Positions 53,653 through 61,722 of a DNA stretch of 64,000 bases are shown piece after piece. Position 1 is the first letter of the stretch. The number at the start of each line of letters is the position of its first letter. The translations under genes and the position numbers were made by a program. The notes beneath the pieces are model-generated. The model saw only the letters and a list, made by a program, of their open reading frames with translations, did not search any database and was not told where the DNA came from. Source of the stretch: Burkholderiaceae bacterium (GTDB lineage: Bacteria > Pseudomonadota > Gammaproteobacteria > Burkholderiales > Burkholderiaceae_E); contig JANJTK010000197.1 in NCBI GenBank assembly GCA_024711155.1, forward strand, positions 4,739 to 68,738. Reading direction: 5' to 3'.

Positions 53653-54153
53653 ATGAACCGCCTGCTGTCCGCCACCGAGAACGTGGCTGCGGTGTTCCTG
53701 CTGGCGATCGCCCTGCTGACGGCCGGCAACGTCGTCCTGCGCGACATCTTCAGCCTCCAGATTCCCGACTGGTTCGACGGCTCGAAGCAGCTGCAGGCGA
53801 TCGCGCTGTTCTGGGGCATCGCCATCGCCACCTACCGCGGCGGACACATCTGCGTCGACATTCTCTGGGAACACCTCGGTGACCGCGGTCGGCGCTGGCT
53901 CGACCTGTTCGCGACGCTCGTGACGCTGGGTTTCCTCGCCCCGCTCGCGTGGATGGTGTGGGTGAAGGTGAGCGGCACCGGCACGCAGGCGAGCAGCGAC
54001 CTGCGGCTGCCGCTGGTCTGGTTCTACGCGCTCGGCGCCGTCGGCGCGACGGTCGCAGCACTGCTCGGTGCGCTGCGCGCGATCGAACTGGCACGCGGGC
54101 GGGCGAGCGACGGCGGGCACGCCCCGCAGCCGGAGGCCGGTCATGGATCGTGA
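53653..54153 (+). CDS. dctQ: TRAP transporter small permease (DctQ family)
   Basis: ORF 53653..54153. The product has four hydrophobic segments and lies between the dctP-like and dctM-like genes. Confidence 0.78.
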   Translation: MNRLLSATENVAAVFLLAIALLTAGNVVLRDIFSLQIPDWFDGSKQLQAIALFWGIAIATYRGGHICVDILWEHLGDRGRRWLDLFATLVTLGFLAPLAWMVWVKVSGTGTQASSDLRLPLVWFYALGAVGATVAALLGALRAIELARGRASDGGHAPQPEAGHGS

Positions 54154-55444
54154 CCTCGTCGCCCTGTTCGGCTTCGTCGGCATGTTCGTGCTGATGGCGC
54201 TGCGCGTGCCGATCGGCATCGCGATGGGCATCGCCGGCGTGGCCGGCTTCGCGGCGCTCACGAACCTCAAGACCGGCCTGAACCTGCTAGCCAACGTGCC
54301 GCTGTCGGTGCTGACCGACTACAACCTCAGCGTGATCCCGATGTTCATCCTGATGGGCGCCTTCGCGTCGCACTCGGGGATGAGCCGCGAACTGTTCGCC
54401 GCCGGACGCGCGTGGCTCGGGCATCGCCGCGGCGGGCTCGCGCTCGCGTCGGTGGCCGCCTGCGGAGGGTTCTCCGCCATCAACGGATCGTCGGTCGCGA
54501 CGGCGGCGACGATGACCCAGGTGGCGCTGCCAGAGATGCGGCGCGCCGGCTACGCGCCGGGCTTCTCGGCCGGCGTGATCGCGGCCGGCGGCACGCTCGG
54601 CATCATGATCCCGCCGTCGGTCATCTTCGTGCTCTACGGGATCATGACCGAAACCGACATCACGAAGCTGTTCGCGGCCGGCGTGCTGCCGGGGCTGATG
54701 GCGGTCGGCTTCTACTTCCTCGTGATCCAGGCGATCGGCTGGCGCTCGCCGCAGAGCATGCCCAGGGGAGAACAGCACACGTGGCCAGAACGGGTCGCGT
54801 CGCTGAAGGACCTGTGGGCGATCCTGCTGCTATTCCTGTTCGTGCTCGGAGGAATCTACGGCGGCCTGTTCACCGTGCAGGAGGCGGCCGGGATCGGCGC
54901 GTCCGGCACGCTGCTGATCGGTGTCGTGCGCGGCCGGCTGCGCCCGCCGCAGATCCGCGCGGCGCTGGTCGACGCCCTGCGGGTGTCGTCGGCGATCATG
55001 GCGATCGAGCTGGGCGCCTACCTGTTCGGCTACTTCCTGACCAACACGCAGGTCACGCAGAAGGCGGTCGAGCTGCTCGTGAACCTGCCGGTCGGCCCCT
55101 ACGGCGTGCTCGCGCTGGTGATGCTCGGCTACTTCGTGCTCGGCGCGGTGATGGACGAGCTCGCGATGATCCTGCTCACCGTCCCGATCGTGTTTCCGGC
55201 GATGATGCAGCTCGGCTTCGATCCGGTCTGGTTCGGCGTGATCATCGTGATGGCAGTCACCTTCGGCATGGTCTGCCCGCCCGTCGGGATCAACGTGTTC
55301 GTGATCAACTCGATCGCTCGCGACGTGCCGCTCGGCGCGATCTATCGGGGAACGATGCCGTTCATCGCGGTCGACATCGTGCGACTCGTGATCCTGTGCG
55401 CGTTTCCGGCGATCTCGCTGTGGCTGCCCTCGACGATGGGCTGA
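54143..55444 (+). CDS. dctM: TRAP transporter large permease (DctM family)
   Basis: ATG 54143 lies in ORF 54068..55444 and overlaps the dctQ 3' end by 11 nt. Motifs GGFSAINGSSVATAATM and GTLGIMIPPS are present. Confidence 0.85.
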   Translation: MDRDLVALFGFVGMFVLMALRVPIGIAMGIAGVAGFAALTNLKTGLNLLANVPLSVLTDYNLSVIPMFILMGAFASHSGMSRELFAAGRAWLGHRRGGLALASVAACGGFSAINGSSVATAATMTQVALPEMRRAGYAPGFSAGVIAAGGTLGIMIPPSVIFVLYGIMTETDITKLFAAGVLPGLMAVGFYFLVIQAIGWRSPQSMPRGEQHTWPERVASLKDLWAILLLFLFVLGGIYGGLFTVQEAAGIGASGTLLIGVVRGRLRPPQIRAALVDALRVSSAIMAIELGAYLFGYFLTNTQVTQKAVELLVNLPVGPYGVLALVMLGYFVLGAVMDELAMILLTVPIVFPAMMQLGFDPVWFGVIIVMAVTFGMVCPPVGINVFVINSIARDVPLGAIYRGTMPFIAVDIVRLVILCAFPAISLWLPSTMG

Positions 55445-55453
55445 CCGCAGCGC

Positions 55454-56908
55454 TCAGATCGGCAACCTGAGCACTGCGGCGGCGCCGAACAGGGCCAGCA
55501 GCAGGCCCAGCAGCCAGCGGCTGCCGCGGTCGCGCAGCGCGTAGACCAGCGGGTCGTCGTGCATGCGGCCGCGCGCGGTGTCCAGCCAAAGGCGACCGAT
55601 CCAGACCAGCAGGCCGAACAGCACGGGCCACAGCATCTGCGGCGACGCATAGCGGCGCATCACGTCGGGATCGTTGACGTAGAGCGCCAGCACGACGAGC
55701 GCTGCGCACGATGTCGCGATGCCGAGCGACTGCAGCACCGCCAGGTCGCTGACCGCGTAGCCGCGGCCCTTGCCGGTCTCCTCGTCGCGTTCGAGCTGCG
55801 CGACGAGTTCCCCGCAGCGCTTGAGCAGCGCCAGGCTGAAGAACAGGAACACCGAGAAGGCGAGCAGCCAGAACGACACCGCGATCCCGGTGGCGGCGCC
55901 GCCGGCCAGCACGCGCAGCGTGTACAGGCCGGCGAGCATCGCGACGTCGACGAGCGCGATGCGCTTGGCGAGCGCCGAGTAGAACCCGGTCATCGCCAGG
56001 TAAGCGAGCACCGCCGCCGTGAAGCGTTCGCCGACCGCCCAGGCGATCGCGAGCGACGCCGCCAGCAGCAGCGCCGCGCCGGCGAAGCCGCTGCGCACCG
56101 ACAGCCGGCCGGCCGCGAAGGCGCGTTCGCGCTTGCGCGGGTGGCGCCGGTCGGCGGCGAGGTCGAGCAGGTCGTTGAGCACATAGCCGCCCGAGGCCGC
56201 GAGGCTGAACGACAGGAACGCGAGCAGCGCATCGACCAGCAGTTCGCCCTCGTCGATGCGGAACGCCGTGAGCAGCGGCACCAGCACCAGCACGTTCTTG
56301 AGCCACTGGTGCGGCCGCACGGCGCCGGCCCACGAACGCAGGCGCTGCGCGCGCGTCGGCTTCGGATCGAACACGGCCGCCACGTCCGCGCGCCGCCGCG
56401 CCTCGCGCAGCACGCGCTCGGGCGCGCCCACGACGATCGCCCGGCGCGCCTGCGCGAAGATCTCGACGTCCTCCGGCCCGTTGCCGCAGTAATCGAACGG
56501 CGCCCCGCCCGCGTCGGCGCGAATCGCCTCGAGCTTGTTGCGCCCCTTCAGGTTGTGCCGCCCGTCGCTCGCCAGGACGGCGTCGAACAGGCCGGCGCGG
56601 GCCGCCACGGACTCGGCGAGCGACCGGTCGGCGGCCGTTGCCAGCACGATCCGCCGGCCCAGCGCCCGCTGCTCGCGCAGCCACGCCAGCAGCGACTCGT
56701 GCAGCGGCAGCGATCCGACCTCGGGCGCCCCCAGCTCCGCCAGGCGCTGCTTCAGCGCGGCCCGTCCGGTCGCCAGCGTGCGCAGCGCGGCCAGTGCGGC
56801 CAGCGGATCGACCCTGAGCGCGCTCGCGAACGACTCCCACAGCGTGTCGGTCCTGACCACGCTGCCGTCGAGATCGACGTACAAGGGAACCTGGTTTTCG
56901 GCAAGCAT
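55454..56908 (-). CDS. HAD-like phosphatase fused to UbiA-family prenyltransferase (decaprenyl-phosphate phosphoribosyltransferase-like)
   Basis: ORF 55454..56908. The N-terminal HAD motif I reads LYVDLDGSVV. From about residue 195 the UbiA domain begins, with the Asp-rich motif NDLLDLAADRRHPRKRERAFA and multiple TM segments. Confidence 0.75.
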   Translation of the reverse strand: MLAENQVPLYVDLDGSVVRTDTLWESFASALRVDPLAALAALRTLATGRAALKQRLAELGAPEVGSLPLHESLLAWLREQRALGRRIVLATAADRSLAESVAARAGLFDAVLASDGRHNLKGRNKLEAIRADAGGAPFDYCGNGPEDVEIFAQARRAIVVGAPERVLREARRRADVAAVFDPKPTRAQRLRSWAGAVRPHQWLKNVLVLVPLLTAFRIDEGELLVDALLAFLSFSLAASGGYVLNDLLDLAADRRHPRKRERAFAAGRLSVRSGFAGAALLLAASLAIAWAVGERFTAAVLAYLAMTGFYSALAKRIALVDVAMLAGLYTLRVLAGGAATGIAVSFWLLAFSVFLFFSLALLKRCGELVAQLERDEETGKGRGYAVSDLAVLQSLGIATSCAALVVLALYVNDPDVMRRYASPQMLWPVLFGLLVWIGRLWLDTARGRMHDDPLVYALRDRGSRWLLGLLLALFGAAAVLRLPI

Positions 56909-56917
56909 GCGCGGTCC

Positions 56918-56925
56918 ATTATAGT
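56918..56925. promoter_or_regulatory. overlapping face-to-face -10-like boxes (TATAAT on minus, TATAGT on plus) in a 23-nt divergent gap
   Basis: The plus strand reads cATTATAGTg. TATAGT (56920-56925) is 6 nt before ATG 56932. TATAAT (minus strand, 56923-56918) is 9 nt before ATG 56908. Neither start has a Shine-Dalgarno sequence. Confidence 0.4.
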
Positions 56926-56931
56926 GGCGCG

Positions 56932-57534
56932 ATGCTCTCGCAGATCCGCTCCGGCTCGGCCGCGCCGCTGCCCGTGCCCGGCCCGAACGTGCCGCGCCGG
57001 GACTACGGGTTGCTGGGCCGCCTCGGCCTGGCCTGGATGCGCTGGCGCGGCTGGCGCATCGAGGGCGAGATCCCGGACCTGGCGCGCGCCGTGGTGGCGG
57101 TGGCCCCGCACTCGTCGAATTGGGACTTCGTCCACGCGATCGCAGCGGTCTTCGTGCTGCGCCTGCGGGTGTCGTTCGTCGGCAAGCACACGCTCTTCCG
57201 CGGGCCGCTCGGGCGCTTCATGACGTGGCTGGGCGGAATTCCGGTCGACCGCGGGCGCCCCAACGGACTGGCCGAGACCCTGCAGGCCCGCTTCGCCGAG
57301 GCCAGGGCGCTGTGGGTCGGCGTGGCGCCCGAGGGCACCCGGCGTCAGGGGGCGCCGTTCAGGTCGGGCTTCTACCGGATCGCGCAGGCTGCGCAGGTGC
57401 CGATCGTTCCCGTCTTTCTCGACTACGAGCGGCAGGTGATCGGCGTGCTGCCGCCCCGGCAGCCGCTGCTGCCGGTCGACGAGGGGGTGGCCGCCATCCG
57501 CGACCTGTTGCTCGAACACGGCCGGCGTCGATAG
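56932..57534 (+). CDS. lysophospholipid (PlsC-like) acyltransferase family protein
   Basis: ORF 56932..57534. The HX4D motif is PHSSNWD, and VAPEGTR is present. Confidence 0.75.
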   Translation: MLSQIRSGSAAPLPVPGPNVPRRDYGLLGRLGLAWMRWRGWRIEGEIPDLARAVVAVAPHSSNWDFVHAIAAVFVLRLRVSFVGKHTLFRGPLGRFMTWLGGIPVDRGRPNGLAETLQARFAEARALWVGVAPEGTRRQGAPFRSGFYRIAQAAQVPIVPVFLDYERQVIGVLPPRQPLLPVDEGVAAIRDLLLEHGRRR

Positions 57535-57574
57535 CCCGCGCCGACGCAGGCCCATTCCGTCCCTGGAACCGAAC

Positions 57575-58069
57575 ATGTCCCACGCCCCGCACCCGCATCC
57601 GCCCCGCCCCGCCGAGGACCAGCAGCGCTTCGAGCAGATGATGCGCGAAGTGTTCGAGCAGTTGATCGCCTTCAACAAGGTCATCGGTTTCACCATCGAG
57701 TCGTTCGACCCGGCCGAGCCGCGCGTGCGCTTCGACATGAAGCCGGAACTGGTCGGGCACTTCATGTACGGCCGCCTGCACGGCGGCGTGATTTCAGCGG
57801 TGCTCGACGCCACGGCCGGTTTCGCGCTGATGTGCGCGATCGCCGACAAGCACCGCAACGAACCGGCCGAACAGGTCGTGCAGCGTTTCGTCCGCATCGG
57901 GACGATCGACCTGCGGATCGACTTCCTGCAGCAGGGCATCGGAAAGTGCTTCCACGCGGCCGCACGCATCACGCGGCTGGGCGGCCGGATCGGCTCGGCG
58001 CAGATGACGCTGGTCAACGACGCCGGCGCGCTGATCGCCACCGGATCGTCGGCCTACGTGATCAGCTGA
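57575..58069 (+). CDS. PaaI/YigI-like hotdog-fold thioesterase
   Basis: ORF 57575..58069. Motifs GRLHGGVISAVLDATAGFAL and TIDLRIDFL are present. Confidence 0.75.
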   Translation: MSHAPHPHPPRPAEDQQRFEQMMREVFEQLIAFNKVIGFTIESFDPAEPRVRFDMKPELVGHFMYGRLHGGVISAVLDATAGFALMCAIADKHRNEPAEQVVQRFVRIGTIDLRIDFLQQGIGKCFHAAARITRLGGRIGSAQMTLVNDAGALIATGSSAYVIS

Positions 58070-58190
58070 TTACGGGTTTACCCCCGCCATCAAGGGGAAT
58101 CGCTCCGTACTAACATCCGGGTCGGGGAGCGCTGCAAGGCCCGGAACCCTGCCTGCGACGCAGCCCGGCGCACCCCGAGGAGACACGCCC

Positions 58191-59066
58191 TTGCAGGTCC
58201 TGCAGGTACTGGTGAGCGGAATCGCTCAAGGCTGCATCTACGGACTGATCGCGCTCGGCTTCGTCCTGATCTACAAGGCGACCGAGACGGTCAGCTTCGC
58301 GCAGGGCGAGCTGATGATGGTCGGGGCGTTCCTCGGGCTGGCGCTGATGGCCGCACTCGGGTTCCCGTTCTGGCTCTCGGTGCTGTCGACCATCGCTGCG
58401 ATGGGCGTGTTCGGGATCCTGCTCGAGCGGGTCGTGATCCGCCCGATCCTCGGCCAGCCCGCGTTCTCGATCGTCATGCTGACGATCGGCATCGGCTACG
58501 TCGCGCGCGGCGCGATCACCATGATCCCGAACGTCGGCACCGACACGCACACGCTGCCCGTGCCCTACCGCAACGAGGCGATCCAGCTGGGCGGCGTCGT
58601 GTTCGCGCTCGAACAGCTCGCCGTCATTGCCGTCACGGCCATCCTGTGCCTGGCGCTGTACCTGCTGTTCCGCTACAGCAAGGTCGGCATCGCGATGCAG
58701 GCCTCGTCGCAGAACCAGCTCGCCGCCTGGTACATGGGCATCCCGGTCAAGCGCCTCAACGGCCTGGTCTGGGGCCTCGCCGCGGCAGTGGCGGCCGTCG
58801 CCGGGCTGCTGCTCGCGCCGATCACGTTCATCCACGCCAACATGGGCTTCATCGGGCTGAAGGCGTTTCCGGCAGCGGTCGTCGGCGGCTTCGGCAGCCT
58901 GCCCGGTGCGATCGTTGGCGGGCTCATCATCGGGATCGTCGAGTCGATGTCGGGCTTCTTCCTGCCGGAGGGCTTCAAGGACGTCGCCGCCTACGTCGTG
59001 GTGCTGGCCATGCTGATGATCAGGCCCAATGGCCTGTTCGGCGAGAGCCTGCGCAAGAAGGTCTGA
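58191..59066 (+). CDS. ABC transporter permease (LivH-like)
   Basis: ORF 58191..59066 with a TTG start and GAGGAGA 7 nt upstream. The product has GCIYGLIALGFVLIYKATETVSFAQGE. Confidence 0.82.
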   Translation: MQVLQVLVSGIAQGCIYGLIALGFVLIYKATETVSFAQGELMMVGAFLGLALMAALGFPFWLSVLSTIAAMGVFGILLERVVIRPILGQPAFSIVMLTIGIGYVARGAITMIPNVGTDTHTLPVPYRNEAIQLGGVVFALEQLAVIAVTAILCLALYLLFRYSKVGIAMQASSQNQLAAWYMGIPVKRLNGLVWGLAAAVAAVAGLLLAPITFIHANMGFIGLKAFPAAVVGGFGSLPGAIVGGLIIGIVESMSGFFLPEGFKDVAAYVVVLAMLMIRPNGLFGESLRKKV

Positions 59067-59074
59067 GGACGACC

Positions 59075-60151
59075 ATGCGGTTTCTCTTCCGGACCCGCTA
59101 CGACGAGGACATCGACCTCGCGCGCCACGGCGGCGACCGGTTCTGGTACACGCTGCTGCTGGCCTGCCTGCTCGTGGCGCCGTGGGCGCTGCCCGAGTAC
59201 TGGCTCGCCCAGCTGACCTTCGTGCTGATCTACAGCGTCGTCGGCCTCGGGCTGATGCTGCTGGCGGGATTCACGGGGCTGTTCTCGCTGGGGCACGCGG
59301 CGTTCCTCGGCGTCGGGGCCTATACCGAAACCGTGCTCGCCGCACACGGCTGGCCGTTCCCGCTGTCGCTCGCCGTCGCGATGGGTTTGTCGGCCGCCGT
59401 GGGCGCGATCGTCGGCCTGCCGGCGCTGCGCGTGAAGGGCATCTACCTCGGAATCGCCACGCTCGCGTTCGGCTTCATCGTCGAAGAGGTGCTGGCCCGC
59501 TGGGAGAGCGTCACCGGCGGCAACGCCGGCAAGATCGTGCCGGCCATCGACGTCTTCGGCTGGAAGGCCGACACCGCGCCTTCGTTCTACCTGGTCTGCT
59601 TCGCCATCACGGTGGCCTGCACGCTGCTGGTGCTGAACCTGCTGCGCTCGCCGACCGGCCGTGCCTTCGTCGCGATCCGCGACTCCGAGATCTCGGCGCA
59701 GAGCATGGGGATCCACCTCGCGCGCTACAAGACGCTGTCGTTCATGCTCTCGGCCGCGCTCGCCGGCGTCGGCGGCGCGCTCTACGCGCACCAGATCCGG
59801 TTCCTGTCGCCCGACCAGTTCGGCATCGTGCACTCGATCGACCTGCTGCTGATGGTGGTCATCGGCGGCCTGGGCTCGATTCACGGCGTGTTCCTCGGCG
59901 CGATCTTCCTGATCACGATGCCGCAGGTCATCGCGCTCGGCAAGGACCTGCTGCCCCCGGCGATCGGCCAGGCGGTGGGGCTGCAGGCGGTCGTCTACGG
60001 CGTCGTGCTGATCGCGTTCGTGCTGTTCGAGCCGATGGGCCTGTACGGCCGCTGGCTCAAGGTGCGCGCCTGGTTCCAGCTGTTCCCGTTCTACCGCCGC
60101 GGCATGTTCCGGCGGCAGAAGGCGTTCCAGAAGTCGGACCGGCTCAGATGA
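59075..60151 (+). CDS. ABC transporter permease (LivM-like)
   Basis: ATG 59075 lies in ORF 58646..60151. Motifs GLFSLGHAAFLGVGAY and IRDSEISAQSMG are present. Confidence 0.82.
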   Translation: MRFLFRTRYDEDIDLARHGGDRFWYTLLLACLLVAPWALPEYWLAQLTFVLIYSVVGLGLMLLAGFTGLFSLGHAAFLGVGAYTETVLAAHGWPFPLSLAVAMGLSAAVGAIVGLPALRVKGIYLGIATLAFGFIVEEVLARWESVTGGNAGKIVPAIDVFGWKADTAPSFYLVCFAITVACTLLVLNLLRSPTGRAFVAIRDSEISAQSMGIHLARYKTLSFMLSAALAGVGGALYAHQIRFLSPDQFGIVHSIDLLLMVVIGGLGSIHGVFLGAIFLITMPQVIALGKDLLPPAIGQAVGLQAVVYGVVLIAFVLFEPMGLYGRWLKVRAWFQLFPFYRRGMFRRQKAFQKSDRLR

Positions 60152-60948
60152 GCGGGATGCTGCTCAGCGCGCGCGACCTCGGCGTCCGCTTCGGCGGCGT
60201 GCTCGCGGTCAACGGCGTCAGCTTCGACGTGAAACCGGGCGAGGTATTCACGCTGATCGGGCCCAACGGCGCCGGCAAGACCACCGTGTTCAACCTGATC
60301 AGCCGGATCTACGACCCGACGGCCGGGTCGATCGAATTCGAGGGCCGCCCGCTCACGGCGGTCGCCCCGCACCGGATCGCCGAGCTCGGGATCGCGCGCA
60401 CCTTCCAGAACATCGAGCTCTTCGAGCACGCCACGGTGCTGCAGAACCTGCTGATCGGCCGCCACGTTCACCGGCGCAGCAACCTGTGGCGCGAACTCGT
60501 GTTCGCGCCACAGGTGCGCGCGGCCGAGCGCGAAACGCGGCGCCGCGTCGAGGAGATCATCGAGTTCCTCGACCTGCAGCACTACCGCGACACGATGGTG
60601 GCGGGTCTGCCCTATGGCGTGCGCAAGGTGGTCGAGCTGGCGCGCGCGCTCGCCACCGAGCCGAAGCTGCTGCTGCTCGACGAACCCTCCTCGGGTCTGA
60701 ACCCCGAGGAGACCAACGACATGGCGTTCTGGATCCAGGACATCCGCACCGACCTCGGCATCACGGTGCTGATGGTCGAGCACGACATGTCGCTGGTGTC
60801 GCGGGTGTCGGACCGGGTGCTGGCGATGAACCAGGGCGAGGTGCTGGCGACCGGCTCGCCCGCCGAGGTCCAGGCGCATCCGGGCGTCGTCGAGGCCTAT
60901 CTCGGCGCGGCCGATGATGCCAGCTCGCTGCGGAGGCGCGAGCCGTGA
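60148..60948 (+). CDS. ABC transporter ATP-binding protein (LivG-like)
   Basis: ATG 60148 (ATGA overlap) lies in ORF 59029..60948. Motifs GPNGAGKTT and LLLLDEPSSGLNP are present. Confidence 0.85.
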   Translation: MSGMLLSARDLGVRFGGVLAVNGVSFDVKPGEVFTLIGPNGAGKTTVFNLISRIYDPTAGSIEFEGRPLTAVAPHRIAELGIARTFQNIELFEHATVLQNLLIGRHVHRRSNLWRELVFAPQVRAAERETRRRVEEIIEFLDLQHYRDTMVAGLPYGVRKVVELARALATEPKLLLLDEPSSGLNPEETNDMAFWIQDIRTDLGITVLMVEHDMSLVSRVSDRVLAMNQGEVLATGSPAEVQAHPGVVEAYLGAADDASSLRRREP

Positions 60949-61718
60949 ACGACGCGATCCTCGAGCTGCTCAACGTCGAGAGCGCCTACGGCCCGATCAA
61001 GGCGATCCGCGGCGTCAGCCTCGAGGTGCGCGAGGGGCAGATCGCGACCGTGCTCGGCGCCAACGGCGCCGGCAAGACCACGATCCTGAAGACGATCTCC
61101 GGGATCATCGATCCGCGCAAGGGGTCGATCCGTCTCCACGGCGAGGACATCACGGCGCGCGACCCCGCGTGGATCGTTCGGCGCGGCGTCTCGCACGTTC
61201 CCGAGGGGCGCGAAGTCTTTCCGCTGCTGTCGGTGCGCGACAACCTGATGATGGGCGCGTACACGCGCGCTGACCGCGACGGCGTCGCGCGCGACCTCGA
61301 ATCGGTGTTCGACTACTTCCCGATCCTGCGCGAGCGCGCCGCGCAGGACGCGGGATTGCTGTCGGGCGGACAGCAACAGATGCTGGCGATCTCGCGCGCG
61401 ATCATGGCCGCGCCGCGCCTGATCCTGCTCGACGAGCCGAGCCTCGGACTCTCGCCGAAGCTCACGCGCGAGATCTTCGAGATCGTCGTGCGCATCAACC
61501 GCGAGCGCGGCACGACGATGCTGCTGGTCGAACAGAACGCGAACATGGCGCTCGAGGCCGCCGACTACGGCTACGTGCTCGAGAACGGCCGCATCGTCAT
61601 GGAGGACACCTGCGCGGCATTGCGCGAGAAGGAAGACATCCGCGAGTTCTATCTCGGGATGCGAGAGACCGGCGCCCGCGGCGAGCGGCGCTGGAAGAAG
61701 AAGAAGACCTGGCGGTGA
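60945..61718 (+). CDS. ABC transporter ATP-binding protein (LivF-like)
   Basis: ORF 60945..61718 with a GTGA-type 4-nt overlap. Motifs GANGAGKTT, LSGGQQQML and LLDEPSLGLSP are present. Confidence 0.85.
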   Translation: MNDAILELLNVESAYGPIKAIRGVSLEVREGQIATVLGANGAGKTTILKTISGIIDPRKGSIRLHGEDITARDPAWIVRRGVSHVPEGREVFPLLSVRDNLMMGAYTRADRDGVARDLESVFDYFPILRERAAQDAGLLSGGQQQMLAISRAIMAAPRLILLDEPSLGLSPKLTREIFEIVVRINRERGTTMLLVEQNANMALEAADYGYVLENGRIVMEDTCAALREKEDIREFYLGMRETGARGERRWKKKKTWR

Positions 61719-61722
61719 GCGC

